Assembly (NCBI GenBank): GCA_902572005.1
Contig: CACGEC010000001.1
Span: forward strand, 21,020-85,019
Origin: an uncultured Pelagibacteraceae bacterium
GTDB lineage: Bacteria > Pseudomonadota > Alphaproteobacteria > Pelagibacterales > Pelagibacteraceae
Length of the DNA stretch: 64,000 nucleotides
Direction of reading: 5' to 3'
The position numbers were made by a program, and so were the translations under genes. Positions 30,487-41,304 of this stretch are shown one piece after another. Below the pieces are notes generated by a model that was given only the letters and a program-made list of their open reading frames with translations, ran no database searches and was not told where the DNA came from. The first letter of the stretch is position 1. Each line of letters starts with the position of its first letter.

Positions 30487-32298
30487 TTATTGTTTGCCAA
30501 GGATCGATCTACCAGATGGTACACGAACCTCATCAACCATTTTTTGCGTAGCAGCATTTGGTGCTGAAGTCATTAAACTTACAACAATCATAGCAACTAA
30601 GCTAACTGCTGAACCGAAGATACCAAACGTTAACTGTGTAATACCTAAGAATCCACTTCCGCCATTTCGTACCCAAATTAGGTAACCCATACCAGAAAGT
30701 AGACCTAAAGCCATACCAGCTATAGCACCTTCTCTGTTAGCTCTCTTCCACCATACACCAAGTACAAGTGGGAAGAACAATCCTGACATCGCAAAGTCAA
30801 AAGCCCAGATAACTGAACCTAAGATACCTTGGATTTCCATTGCCGCAATAGTTGCTCCAGCAAAACCAATTACTACAAGTAATACCCTTGCAACAACTAG
30901 TCTTTTTGCAGTCTCTGCTTTTGGATCAATGATCTTATAGTAAACATCATGTGAGATCGCATTAGCTATTGCTAGAATCAAACCATCAGCTGTTGACATG
31001 GCAGCAGCCATACCTCCAGCAGCAACTAGACCTGAGATTACGTATGGTAATCCAGCTATTTCTGGAGTTGCTAACACAACGGCTTTACCACCCATGAAAA
31101 ACTCATTTAACTCAAGAGTTCCATTTCCGTTAAAGTCGCTTACAAACATTAAGTTTGCTTGGTTCCAGTTTTGATACCAATCTATCGCTTGAACTTCTGC
31201 AATTGATTTACCGATAATACCAGTTGGTAATGACGGATCAATCAATGACAATTTAGATAATGTCGCTAACATTGGAGCAGAAGAATAAAGTAGGAAGATA
31301 AAGAATAATGACCAACCTACTGATTTTCTAGCTGCTTTTACACTTGGAGTAGTGAAATATCTCATCATAACGTGAGGCAATGAAGCTGTTCCCATCATCA
31401 TCGCTAGCGCTAATGAAATAAATGCCCACGGTGTAGCGTTAACCGCTGAGTGAGCTTTAGTTATTCCAGCTAATCCTTTTGGTACATTCGCAAGATCAGC
31501 AGCAGAGTTTTTCACAAAACCAAACTGTTGCTCTAATTCACCAATTCTAGCTACCTCATCAGCTAACATAAAGTGTGGGAAGAAACCCGCACCCATTTTG
31601 TTACTGATCCAGAATACTGGTAATAAGTAAGCTATGATTAGTACGATATATTGAGCTACCTGTGTCCAAGTTACTCCTCTCATACCACCTAACATTGAAC
31701 ATAATAAGATACTTACTAATCCAACGTATACAGCGTATTGAAATGGAATATCAAGTGCAACAGATGCAATTGTACCTGTAGCGTTAATTTGTGCAGTCAC
31801 ATAGGTAAATGAAGCAACAGTTAAAACTACTACTGCAAGAAACCTTGTTAAATTACCACCGTATCTTGTACCAATAAAATCTGGAACTGTGTAACAGCCA
31901 AATTTTCTTAAGTATGGTGCTAATAAAGATGCAACTAATACATATCCACCAGTCCAACCTACAAGTAGTGCCATATATCCGTAACCTTTGAAGTAAATAC
32001 CACCTGCCATTGCAACGAATGATGCTCCTGACATCCAGTCAGCAGCAGTGGCCATTCCGTTGAATACGGTTGGTACTTGCCTTCCAGCTACGTAATACGC
32101 ATCAGCTTGAGCTGTACGTGATAGATAACCAATTATAGCATAGATGGCTACTGTGAAGGCAACGAAACAAATACCAATTGTTTTCGCTGTCATACCCATC
32201 TGCTCTCCAATTGACATAATGATTATGAAACCTAAAAATCCACCTGTGTAGATTCCATAAACTTTAGGCAAATTGTCTATAAAATTACCTTTCATCAT
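30487..32298 (-). CDS. Sodium:solute symporter (ActP-like, probable acetate/monocarboxylate permease)
   Basis: NGMATAADWMSGASF, GWTGGY, GTASLPH, AAMSTADG; multiple TMs; near acs. Confidence 0.9.
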   Translation of the reverse strand: MMKGNFIDNLPKVYGIYTGGFLGFIIIMSIGEQMGMTAKTIGICFVAFTVAIYAIIGYLSRTAQADAYYVAGRQVPTVFNGMATAADWMSGASFVAMAGGIYFKGYGYMALLVGWTGGYVLVASLLAPYLRKFGCYTVPDFIGTRYGGNLTRFLAVVVLTVASFTYVTAQINATGTIASVALDIPFQYAVYVGLVSILLCSMLGGMRGVTWTQVAQYIVLIIAYLLPVFWISNKMGAGFFPHFMLADEVARIGELEQQFGFVKNSAADLANVPKGLAGITKAHSAVNATPWAFISLALAMMMGTASLPHVMMRYFTTPSVKAARKSVGWSLFFIFLLYSSAPMLATLSKLSLIDPSLPTGIIGKSIAEVQAIDWYQNWNQANLMFVSDFNGNGTLELNEFFMGGKAVVLATPEIAGLPYVISGLVAAGGMAAAMSTADGLILAIANAISHDVYYKIIDPKAETAKRLVVARVLLVVIGFAGATIAAMEIQGILGSVIWAFDFAMSGLFFPLVLGVWWKRANREGAIAGMALGLLSGMGYLIWVRNGGSGFLGITQLTFGIFGSAVSLVAMIVVSLMTSAPNAATQKMVDEVRVPSGRSILGKQ

Positions 32299-32558
32299 TA
32301 GTCATCCCCTCTTTCTGAAAAGCCGAACTCTTCATCAATTTTCTCTTGTCTATTCGCAAACCAGAAAATTAGGATTACGAAAATTCCAAGAGAACCCTGA
32401 CAAGTGAACCAATAAGTTAAAGGATAACCAAATGGTCCTCCAACTTCGTTCATTTCAGCTCCAAATAAGAAGATGCCAATTGAGAATACAAACCAAATTG
32501 CTAAAGTCATCATCAGCAATCCCCTGGTTTTTTCCCAGTGTTGTTCTTGTTTTGACAT
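32298..32558 (-). CDS. DUF4212 family small symporter subunit
   Basis: Two TMs, GYPLTYWF..QGS, IDEEFG; strong SD AGAGAGAGG; overlaps the symporter start. Confidence 0.88.
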   Translation of the reverse strand: MSKQEQHWEKTRGLLMMTLAIWFVFSIGIFLFGAEMNEVGGPFGYPLTYWFTCQGSLGIFVILIFWFANRQEKIDEEFGFSERGDD

Positions 32559-32683
32559 TTATACCTCTCTCTTTTTAGTTATAACTGGCGAAAACCATAA
32601 CCATTATGGAGGAGATTTAAAGTGTTAAAATTGTACAAAAAAGTTGGTTTTTTGAGGTATAAATAAGTGAATCTTAAGCTTTT

Positions 32684-33307
32684 ATGGCAAAATACAAATT
32701 AACATGGAGGGATCTATCCTTAAAGGATTTTAAGATTTATCTTTTTTCACTTTTCAAAGCTTTTGTTCCTAAAAGTAAAATTAGCAATTTAGATGATCTC
32801 GAGAGCTTCATTCAAACAAAATCTGCATGGGTAAGTCAAGTAACTCTTTATGGATATTTAAAAACCAGAATGGGAACTAGATATGTTTTACATTTTGAAA
32901 ATGATGAATTTATGAAATCCGTTAATTTAGCAAAATGGAATATCTACGCGGTTGCTTTGCAAGACCTAACATTTTTTACTTTCTCATATTTAAAAGTTAA
33001 TTTTAATTATCTAGATTTAGATAAAGCGAAGGAAATTTTTTTAAAAATTCTTGATGATGAAATAACAAATAAAATGCCTCTTGATATAGTTGAAGTTTCA
33101 AAAAAAGATTTTCTTAATAGACTTGAAAATATTAATTGGGAAACTTATTATAAAGATTTACCCTTCAACTCAAGCGCCCTATCATTATATAAGTGGGCTC
33201 CGATTGCCGATGAATTGAAAACCTTAGATCGTAAAATCGTATTGAACTCTGTTATTTTAAAATGGGATGTTGTAAAAAAAGAATTTGGCGAAAGATTAAA
33301 ATTTTAA
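32684..33307 (+). CDS. Conserved hypothetical protein
   Basis: 207-aa ORF filling the gap between the transporter and acs; no catalytic motif recognised. Confidence 0.7.
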   Translation: MAKYKLTWRDLSLKDFKIYLFSLFKAFVPKSKISNLDDLESFIQTKSAWVSQVTLYGYLKTRMGTRYVLHFENDEFMKSVNLAKWNIYAVALQDLTFFTFSYLKVNFNYLDLDKAKEIFLKILDDEITNKMPLDIVEVSKKDFLNRLENINWETYYKDLPFNSSALSLYKWAPIADELKTLDRKIVLNSVILKWDVVKKEFGERLKF

Positions 33308-35409
33308 ATATTTTTTCTATTTTCAACTAAACTTTTCACAACACCTGGATCAGCTAAAGTGGTTGTATCTCCAAGTTGATCATGTTCATTAGCTGCAATT
33401 TTTCTCAAAATTCTTCTCATAATTTTTCCCGATCTTGTTTTTGGAAGACCAGGTGAAAAATGAATAAGGTCAGGAGTAGCCAAAGGGCCAATTTGTTTTC
33501 TTACCCAAAGTTTTAAATCTCTCTCTAGCTCACCGGATTCAGCTTCACCAGCATTTAAAGTTACATAACAATACAAACCATTACCTTTGATATCGTGTGG
33601 ATAACCAACTACAGCTGCTTCAGCAACTTTCGGATGAGCTACAAATGCACTTTCAATTTCAGCTGTTCCAAGGTTATGCCCAGAAACAATAATTACATCA
33701 TCGACTCTTCCTGTAATCCAATAATATCCGTCTTTATCTCTTTTGCATCCATCACCAGTAAAATATTTTCCATCAAATTGAGAAAAGTAAGTATCAATAA
33801 ATCTTTGGTGATCTCCGTACACAGTTCTCATTTGTCCTGGCCAAGATTGTGAAATACAAAGTCTGCCTTCACCTGCACCTTTAATCTCTTTACCATCTTT
33901 ATCTACTAAAACTGGTTTAATTCCGTAAAAAGGTTTTGTAGCTGATCCAGGTTTCAATGGAATAGCTCCAGTTTGAGGAGCAATTAAAATTCCACCAGTT
34001 TCAGTTTGCCACCAAGTATCAACTATTGGACATTTTGAATTACCTACCGTTTTGTAATACCACATCCATGCCTCAGGATTAATTGGTTCCCCGACTGTTC
34101 CTAATAATTTTAAAGTTTTTCTAGAAGTTTTATTTACAGGATCATCACCTTCCCTCATTAGTGCTCTAATAGCAGTAGGTGCGGTATAGAAAGTATTAAC
34201 TTTAAATTTATCTACAATTTCCCACCATCTAGAGCTGTCAGGATAATTTGGCACTCCCTCAAACATAATTGTAGTTGCCCCATTTGATAGTGGTCCATAA
34301 ATTATATAACTATGGCCAGTTACCCATCCAATATCAGCTGTGCACCAATAAATATCTTTCGGTTTATAATTAAAAATATATTGATGAGTCATTGAGGCAT
34401 AAACCATGTAGCCACCAGTGGTATGCAAAACACCTTTGGGTTTCCCAGTAGAGCCAGAAGTATAAAGTATGAAAAGCGGGTCCTCAGCATTCATCTCCTC
34501 TGGTTCACAATAACTAGATACATCTTTTATAAGTTCATGATACCAAACATCTCTTTCATTGTTCCAATAGACATAATTCCCAGTTCGTTTTACAACAATG
34601 CATTTTTTAACATTAGGACAATTTGTTAAAGCTTCATCTGTAGTTGCTTTTAATGGAATTGTTTTTCCTCCTCTAACCCCCTCATCGGCTGTAATAATGT
34701 ACTCTGATTTGCAATCATTGACTCTCCCCGAAATAGATTCTGCTGAGAAACCTCCAAAAATTATTGAATGAATTGCCCCTATTCTAGCACAAGCTAACAT
34801 TAATATTGCTAACTCAGGAATCATTGTTAAATAAATAGTAACTCTATCACCTTTTTTTATTCCAATTTTTTTTAATCCGTTTGCTGCTTTAGAAACTTTC
34901 TGGTGAAGTTGTTTATAAGATATTTTTTGACTATCTTTTGGATCATCTCCAACCCAAATTATTGCAGTTTTATCTTTTTTATCTTTGAGATGTCTGTCAA
35001 TACAATTAGCCGACGCATTAAGTGTTCCGTCTTCATACCATTTGATTCTAACCTCACTATTACTATATTTAACATCCTTAATTTTTTTATAAGGTTTTAT
35101 CCAGGTAATTCTTTTTCCCTCCTTTTTCCAAAAGGCATTATTATTCTTTATCGACTCGTTATATTTTTTTTGATATTGAGCCTTATTAGCAAGACTATTC
35201 TTAATCCATTCCTGCCTAGTTTTAAAAATTAATTCTGTTGATGATGATTTATTTGTTTTTTTATTTGATAAAGTTTTACTAAGATTTTTTCTTTTTTTGG
35301 GTGATTTTTTTTTAATTTTTTTTCTTTTTTTTATATGCTTCTTTTTAATTTTACTTCTTCTCTTTTTCGAAGATTTTCTTACTTTAGATTTTCTCTTTTT
35401 TTTTGGCAT
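33304..35409 (-). CDS. acs: Acetyl-CoA synthetase with Lys/Arg-rich N-terminal extension
   Basis: [40 protein letters not shown]. Confidence 0.97.
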   Translation of the reverse strand: MPKKKRKSKVRKSSKKRRSKIKKKHIKKRKKIKKKSPKKRKNLSKTLSNKKTNKSSSTELIFKTRQEWIKNSLANKAQYQKKYNESIKNNNAFWKKEGKRITWIKPYKKIKDVKYSNSEVRIKWYEDGTLNASANCIDRHLKDKKDKTAIIWVGDDPKDSQKISYKQLHQKVSKAANGLKKIGIKKGDRVTIYLTMIPELAILMLACARIGAIHSIIFGGFSAESISGRVNDCKSEYIITADEGVRGGKTIPLKATTDEALTNCPNVKKCIVVKRTGNYVYWNNERDVWYHELIKDVSSYCEPEEMNAEDPLFILYTSGSTGKPKGVLHTTGGYMVYASMTHQYIFNYKPKDIYWCTADIGWVTGHSYIIYGPLSNGATTIMFEGVPNYPDSSRWWEIVDKFKVNTFYTAPTAIRALMREGDDPVNKTSRKTLKLLGTVGEPINPEAWMWYYKTVGNSKCPIVDTWWQTETGGILIAPQTGAIPLKPGSATKPFYGIKPVLVDKDGKEIKGAGEGRLCISQSWPGQMRTVYGDHQRFIDTYFSQFDGKYFTGDGCKRDKDGYYWITGRVDDVIIVSGHNLGTAEIESAFVAHPKVAEAAVVGYPHDIKGNGLYCYVTLNAGEAESGELERDLKLWVRKQIGPLATPDLIHFSPGLPKTRSGKIMRRILRKIAANEHDQLGDTTTLADPGVVKSLVENRKNI

Positions 35410-35413
35410 ATTT

Positions 35414-35830
35414 TTAAATCTTACCCATTCTATTTAAAATTTTCCAGCTTTTAGAGTCTATGGGCATAACAGACAATCTACTTTGTTTTATTAAAGATAA
35501 GTGTTTTAATTGCTTGTTTTTCTTTATTTCTATAAGAGTTACAGGTTTTTCTAATTTTTTAAGAAACCTCATAGTTACTGCAACAAACCGACCAGATTGG
35601 TCTGTTTTATCTAAATAATACTCTTTAATGACTTCGACTATACCTACAATTTCTTTTCCAATGTTAGAATGGTAAAAAAAACATTGATCACCCTTTTTCA
35701 TCGATTTCAAATTTTTTGCAGCTTGATAGTTTCTTACACCATCCCAAGGTGCACCTTTATTCCCAGATTTTTTTTGTTGATCAATTGACCAAACATCAGG
35801 CTCTGATTTCACTAACCAGTATTGCATCAT
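35414..35830 (-). CDS. EVE domain protein
   Basis: [28 protein letters not shown]. Confidence 0.93.
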   Translation of the reverse strand: MMQYWLVKSEPDVWSIDQQKKSGNKGAPWDGVRNYQAAKNLKSMKKGDQCFFYHSNIGKEIVGIVEVIKEYYLDKTDQSGRFVAVTMRFLKKLEKPVTLIEIKKNKQLKHLSLIKQSRLSVMPIDSKSWKILNRMGKI

Positions 35831-36900
35831 AATTTCACCCCCGCTCCTTTCAAAAATGCAGCATTTTCATCTAGAGGCCATCTTGGTTTTGCAGGATAAT
35901 CTAAATTATCAAATTTATTTAATTTAAATTTTTCTAATCCAACCATTGCAATCATTGCAGCATTATCTCCACAAAGATCCATTGGAGGAAATATACTCTG
36001 ATAACTTTCCTCTAAACATAAATTTTTTAACATCGTTCTTATATTTTGGTTTGCAGCAACCCCACCAGCTACCACAAATATTTTTTTTTGAGGATTATTT
36101 TGTTTCTCAAATTCTTGAAATGCAATTTTAGTTTTTTTATAAAGTATTTCTTCAATTGTTTTTTGAAAAGATGCTGCAAGATCAAATTTTTCTTGATCAG
36201 TTTTAATGTTTTTCGTTATTCTTAAAATTGCAGTCTTAAGTCCTGCGAATGATAAATTACACCCCCCTTTGTTGAATATTGGTTTTGGTAAATCATATTT
36301 TTTGGGGTCTCCTTTCTTCGCCAGAATTTCGATTTGTGGTCCTCCTGGAAATTTTATTCCTAACAGTTTAGCAGTTTTATCAAAGGCTTCACCTAAAGCG
36401 TCATCAATAGTTGTGCCTAATCTTTTATATTTCCCTAAATCTTGCACATTTAAGAATTGTGAATGTCCTCCAGAAATTAATAAAAGTAAATAAGGATAAT
36501 CAATTTTTGAATTAAGCTTAGGGCTTAATGCATGACCTTCTAAATGATTGATTGCAATGAAAGGTTTTTTTAAAGATGCAGCTAAAGCTTTTCCAAAACT
36601 TAATCCAACAGACAAACATACCACTAAACCTGGTCCTGCTGTTGCTGCTATTGCATCAATATCATCAACTTTACATCCACTATTGTCAATTGCTTTTTGA
36701 ACTATCCAATCAATTTTTTCCATATGAGATCTGGCAGCTAGTTCAGGCACTACACCACCAAATTCTTTATGAATATCTACCTGGCTTGAAATAATATTAG
36801 ACAAAATAACGGGTGATCCTTTTTCATTTTCAGTTATAAGGGATGCCGCAGTTTCATCACAACTAGATTCTATTCCGAGAATTAAGGGTTTTTTACTCAT
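35827..36900 (-). CDS. tsaD: tRNA N6-threonylcarbamoyltransferase
   Basis: GIESSCDET, GGVVPELAARSH, NHLEGH, SGGH, GEAFDK, DNAAMI. Confidence 0.97.
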   Translation of the reverse strand: MSKKPLILGIESSCDETAASLITENEKGSPVILSNIISSQVDIHKEFGGVVPELAARSHMEKIDWIVQKAIDNSGCKVDDIDAIAATAGPGLVVCLSVGLSFGKALAASLKKPFIAINHLEGHALSPKLNSKIDYPYLLLLISGGHSQFLNVQDLGKYKRLGTTIDDALGEAFDKTAKLLGIKFPGGPQIEILAKKGDPKKYDLPKPIFNKGGCNLSFAGLKTAILRITKNIKTDQEKFDLAASFQKTIEEILYKKTKIAFQEFEKQNNPQKKIFVVAGGVAANQNIRTMLKNLCLEESYQSIFPPMDLCGDNAAMIAMVGLEKFKLNKFDNLDYPAKPRWPLDENAAFLKGAGVKL

Positions 36901-36955
36901 TCAAATAGTTTCTATAAATTGTACAATCTCAATACAAGTAAAAATAAATAAAAAC

Positions 36956-37873
36956 ATGAATAAGAAGATTATTATTGGATCGAGAGGTAGCAAGTTAGCT
37001 TTGATATATGCTCAAATCGCAAAAGATAAGATTGTCCAAAGTGCTGGTTTTAATGAGGATGATATCGTAATTAAAAAAATTGTTACTGAGGGAGATCTAG
37101 AAAAAAATAAAAGATTATCAGAAATTGGTGGGAAAGGTTTATTCTCTTCAAATATTGAAAAAGAGCTCCAGGAAAAAAAAATTGATTTAGGAGTGCATGC
37201 TCTGAAAGATTTACCCGCAATAGAAACTAAAGGTTTGATTGTTAATACATATTTAGAAAGAAATGATCCAAGAGAAATTCTAATAGCAAAAAATAATCAA
37301 AATTTGAAAGAATTAAAATCAAATTCAGTTATTGGCACTTCTTCGTTTCGTCGAGAATTTCAAATTAGAAAAATTAGAAAAGATCTTAATTGTAAAATCA
37401 TTAGAGGAAACGTAGATACAAGAATAAAGAAATTAAATGATGGATTATATGATGGAATAATTTTATCTTATGCAGGAATAAAATCTTTAAATATAAAAGA
37501 TCAGATTTCCGAAATATTTTCAGTGAAAGATATTATCCCAAGTGCTGGCCAAGGAATTATTTCACTTCAGTGTCGAGAAAATGATAGTAGTGTGATTTCT
37601 GTTCTAAATAAAATAAATCACGATGAAACTCATAAAAGGGCTACTGCTGAAAGAAATGTTTTAAAAGTTTTGGAGGGAGATTGTGAGACCGCTGTTGGTG
37701 CTCATGCCACAATAGAAGGTAATAAAATTACTTTAGAGGCAGAACTTTTTTCTTTGGATGGTATGCAAAGATTTTATGAAAAAGGATCTTCCGAGATTGA
37801 AAATTCAAGAGAACTAGGTAAAGAGATAGGACAAATTTTAAAAGAAAAATCTAATAATTCTTATAAAAAATAA
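36956..37873 (+). CDS. hemC: Hydroxymethylbilane synthase
   Basis: GSRGSKLA, GGKGLF, GTSS.RR, RGNVDTR, EGDC. Confidence 0.96.
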   Translation: MNKKIIIGSRGSKLALIYAQIAKDKIVQSAGFNEDDIVIKKIVTEGDLEKNKRLSEIGGKGLFSSNIEKELQEKKIDLGVHALKDLPAIETKGLIVNTYLERNDPREILIAKNNQNLKELKSNSVIGTSSFRREFQIRKIRKDLNCKIIRGNVDTRIKKLNDGLYDGIILSYAGIKSLNIKDQISEIFSVKDIIPSAGQGIISLQCRENDSSVISVLNKINHDETHKRATAERNVLKVLEGDCETAVGAHATIEGNKITLEAELFSLDGMQRFYEKGSSEIENSRELGKEIGQILKEKSNNSYKK

Positions 37874-37874
37874 T

Positions 37875-38573
37875 ATGCATATTTTACTCACTAGACCATT
37901 AGAAGATTGTTCTGAAATGATTTTAAAATTTCAATCTTTAGGACATCAGGTTTCACATCTACCACTATTAAAGATAAATAAAATTAATCACGATGAAATT
38001 AACTTCTCAAATTTTAAAGGTATAGTTTTTACAAGTGCCAATGCTGTAAAATTTATTGATTTAAAAAAAATTAATAAAAAACTTTCATGCTTTTGTGTTG
38101 GTGAGGCTACTGAAAAAAAAGCGAGAAGTTTTGGTTTTCAAAATGTTATTTCAGCTGGGGGAAATGTTGAAAATTTAAAAGAACTTATTTTGCAAAATTT
38201 TCATAAAAAAGAAGGTAAATTAATATATGTGAGTGGTGAAAATGTTTCTGTGGAGCTTGATCAGCTTTTATTAAAAGAAGGATATGATGTTGAAAGAATT
38301 ATAAATTATCAAACAAACCATAATGAAAAATTTGATGAAAATTTTGTTAATTCACTTAAGTCCAAAATACCTGATATTGTCTATGTATATTCACAGAATA
38401 GTGCGCTGAGTTTTTTAAAATTTATTAAAATTTATCAAACTGAAAACCTCTGGATGAACACAAATTTAATGTGTATTGGGGAAAAAACATCAGCAATATT
38501 GAATGAAATTAAGTGGAAAAAAATTTTTCTTTTTAATCCTGGAGAAGAAGAGTTTTTGTTATATAAAATTTAA
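37875..38573 (+). CDS. hemD: Uroporphyrinogen-III synthase
   Basis: LLTRP, FTSANAV, VGEAT; follows hemC. Confidence 0.92.
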   Translation: MHILLTRPLEDCSEMILKFQSLGHQVSHLPLLKINKINHDEINFSNFKGIVFTSANAVKFIDLKKINKKLSCFCVGEATEKKARSFGFQNVISAGGNVENLKELILQNFHKKEGKLIYVSGENVSVELDQLLLKEGYDVERIINYQTNHNEKFDENFVNSLKSKIPDIVYVYSQNSALSFLKFIKIYQTENLWMNTNLMCIGEKTSAILNEIKWKKIFLFNPGEEEFLLYKI

Positions 38574-38575
38574 TT

Positions 38576-39661
38576 ATGGAATTAATAAATAATTTTTCAG
38601 AAGTCTTTTTATCAGTTTGGAATAAAGGAATCTTAGGTGTAGATATTTTTCAAATATTGATTGGAATTGGTATTTTCTTAATATTTTTAATTTTTAGAGG
38701 ACTAATCAGCAAACTTATTATTAAAAAATTAGAAGTAATTTCTAAAAGAACTACAAATAAATTAGACGACACATTTGTTACTTCATTAATTGGACCAGCG
38801 AGATTTTTGCCAATTGTTTTAGGTTTTTTTATTGCAAGTTATTATATGACCTTTTCAACTGAAGGAAGAGAAGTTGTAGATACAATCAATAGAACTCTTA
38901 TAACAATATTAATTTTTTGGGTAATTCATCAAATCATTGAACCAGTTTCATATATTTTGAGTGGGCTTGATAAATTGTTAACAAGAGAACTTATAGGATG
39001 GATAATTAAATCACTCAAAATTTTAATCTTTATCCTTGGACTAGCGGCTGTTTTAGAACTTTGGGGAATAAAAATTGGGCCGATAATAGCTGGATTAGGA
39101 TTATTTGGTGTTGCAGTAGCATTAGGAGCCCAAGATTTATTTAAGAATTTAATTTCAGGAATTTTGGTTCTTGTAGAAAAAAGATTTAAAATAGGTGATT
39201 GGATTTTAGTTGATGGAATTATAGAGGGTATAGTTGAAAAAATTGGTTTTCGTTCAACAACCATAAGAAAATTTGATAAATCATTAGCTATTATTCCAAA
39301 CTTTCAGTTTGCTGAAAATGCAGTTGTCAATGTTAGTGAAACTTCAAACTGGTTGATCAGTTGGATTATTACCCTTCAATATGAGACAACTGTTGATCAA
39401 TTAAAAACTATCAGGGATCAAATAGAAAATCATATTAATAAAAGTGATGATTTCAACACGAATATTGGAGTTGCAGTAAGAGTAGATAAGTTTTCAGATA
39501 GTTCAATTGATATGTATGTACGTTGTTTTACAAATTCAAACAGCTGGAACGAGTGGCTCTCTGTTAAAGAAAAACTTGCTATTGAGATAAAACAAATTGT
39601 AGAAAATAATAAAGCATCATTTGCGTTTCCTAGTTCTTCAATTTACATAGAAAAAAAATGA
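38576..39661 (+). CDS. MscS family mechanosensitive channel
   Basis: GVAVALGAQD..KN..SG, FKIGDWI, G.VE.IGFRST, IPN. Confidence 0.93.
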   Translation: MELINNFSEVFLSVWNKGILGVDIFQILIGIGIFLIFLIFRGLISKLIIKKLEVISKRTTNKLDDTFVTSLIGPARFLPIVLGFFIASYYMTFSTEGREVVDTINRTLITILIFWVIHQIIEPVSYILSGLDKLLTRELIGWIIKSLKILIFILGLAAVLELWGIKIGPIIAGLGLFGVAVALGAQDLFKNLISGILVLVEKRFKIGDWILVDGIIEGIVEKIGFRSTTIRKFDKSLAIIPNFQFAENAVVNVSETSNWLISWIITLQYETTVDQLKTIRDQIENHINKSDDFNTNIGVAVRVDKFSDSSIDMYVRCFTNSNSWNEWLSVKEKLAIEIKQIVENNKASFAFPSSSIYIEKK

Positions 39662-39948
39662 TAGCAATTTTTTATTTGGTTTTGCAAATTCTTAAACTTT
39701 ATTCTTACGTAGTAATAGCCAATGTAATTGTAAGTTGGTTAATAGCTTTTAATATCTTGAACACACAAAATAGGTTTGTTTTCTCAATTTTAGAATTAAG
39801 CTATCGTCTTACTGATCCAATATTAAATAAAATTAGACGTTTTCTCCCTAATTTAGGCTCTTTAGATATTTCTCCAATAATTTTACTTCTATTGATTTGG
39901 TTTATAGAAATGTGTATGAAGCTCTACATTGCACCAATGATATTTTAA
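39658..39948 (+). CDS. yggT: YggT family membrane protein
   Basis: SWLIAFN, LTDPIL..IRRFLP, LDISP. Confidence 0.92.
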   Translation: MIAIFYLVLQILKLYSYVVIANVIVSWLIAFNILNTQNRFVFSILELSYRLTDPILNKIRRFLPNLGSLDISPIILLLLIWFIEMCMKLYIAPMIF

Positions 39949-39950
39949 TT

Positions 39951-40799
39951 ATGATTTTAATAGACGGAAAAAAAGCAGCCGCAGAATTAAGAGAAGAACT
40001 TAAAAAAGAAGTTTCTGATTTAAAAAGTAAGTATAACAAAGTACCTGGGCTTACTGTAATTCTGATTGGTGATTTTACTCCTAGTCAAATTTATGTTCGA
40101 AATAAAGAAAAATCAGCAAACGAAGTAGGTTTGAAATCTGATGTGATTAAATATCCTAGTTCTGTGGTAGAAAAAGTGGTTTTAGATAAAATAGATGAAC
40201 TTAATAAAGATGAAACAGTATCTGGGATCTTGGTACAATTACCGCTTCCAAAACATATTGATAAACAAAAAATTATCGAAGCTATTCATCCTTCAAAAGA
40301 TGTTGATGGATTTCATCCAATGAATGTTGGAAATCTTTCATCTGGTTATGAGAGTTCAGTGCCATGTACGCCCTTAGGATGTTATCTGTTAATTAAAAAA
40401 ATTGAACCAAATTTGAGTGGAAAAAAAGCAGTTGTAGTAGGAAGGTCAAATCTAAATGGAAAACCAATGACACAACTTCTTTTAAAAGAAAATTGCACAG
40501 TCACAATTACACATTCTAAAACTAAAGATTTAAAAGCGGAGTGTTTAGAGGCAGATATAATTGTTGCTGCAGTGGGAATTCCAGAACTTGTAAAGGGTGA
40601 TTGGGTAAAGAAAGACACTATTGTTATTGATGTGGGTATAAATAAAACAGATAAAGGAATTGTAGGTGATGTAGCATTTGATGAGGTTTCAAAAAATGCA
40701 AAAGCTTTAACTCCAGTTCCAGGGGGAGTGGGTCCCATGACAATTGCTTGTTTGCTCAAAAATACAATTGACTGTTTCAAAAGATCGCAAAATTTATAA
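39951..40799 (+). CDS. folD: Bifunctional methylene-THF dehydrogenase/cyclohydrolase
   Basis: IDGK, YVRNK, KDVDGFH, PCTP, TPVPGGVGPMT; start at ATG 39951. Confidence 0.97.
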   Translation: MILIDGKKAAAELREELKKEVSDLKSKYNKVPGLTVILIGDFTPSQIYVRNKEKSANEVGLKSDVIKYPSSVVEKVVLDKIDELNKDETVSGILVQLPLPKHIDKQKIIEAIHPSKDVDGFHPMNVGNLSSGYESSVPCTPLGCYLLIKKIEPNLSGKKAVVVGRSNLNGKPMTQLLLKENCTVTITHSKTKDLKAECLEADIIVAAVGIPELVKGDWVKKDTIVIDVGINKTDKGIVGDVAFDEVSKNAKALTPVPGGVGPMTIACLLKNTIDCFKRSQNL

Positions 40800-40833
40800 T
40801 TAAATCTATCAATTTTTTTTGTTACTTTGGGTT

Positions 40834-41037
40834 ATGAAGAAACCAAAATACCCGTATAGAATTGCTATTCTTATGGCCATACTTACAATACCTCCGATAG
40901 GAGCGACACAACTAGGCTGGTACCTTTATGATCAACAAACAGGATTTGATTATGGTATGATTATTGGAACATTTTCAGTTATACTAGCTGCTTGGTTGAT
41001 GTATGAAAAAAACTGGAGAGAAGAGGATGAAGACTAA
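40834..41037 (+). CDS. Small hypothetical membrane protein (2 TM)
   Basis: About 67 aa, two hydrophobic segments and an acidic tail; fills the gap. Confidence 0.6.
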   Translation: MKKPKYPYRIAILMAILTIPPIGATQLGWYLYDQQTGFDYGMIIGTFSVILAAWLMYEKNWREEDED

Positions 41038-41040
41038 TTT

Positions 41041-41304
41041 ATGGAAAAAATAATTTTTTTTAGTTTGGTTATCCCAATATTTGCTTTTGTGCTCTATTTG
41101 GGCGGCAATGCCATTATGAAAGGTATGAGTGCTAAAAACGCCAACAAAGAAAACGAAAATTCAGAAAATAATGAAATTGAAAATTCTTCAGATGTTAAGA
41201 AAAATTTGAGTGATGAATTAGATAAGTTAAATGATCTTTTAAAAGATGGTGTTTTAACTCAAGAAGAATTTGAAAAAGCAAAAAAAAAATTATTAGATAA
41301 CTAA
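41041..41304 (+). CDS. SHOCT domain membrane protein
   Basis: N-terminal TM; C-terminal ELDKLNDLLKDGVLTQEEFEKAKKKLL. Confidence 0.85.
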   Translation: MEKIIFFSLVIPIFAFVLYLGGNAIMKGMSAKNANKENENSENNEIENSSDVKKNLSDELDKLNDLLKDGVLTQEEFEKAKKKLLDN

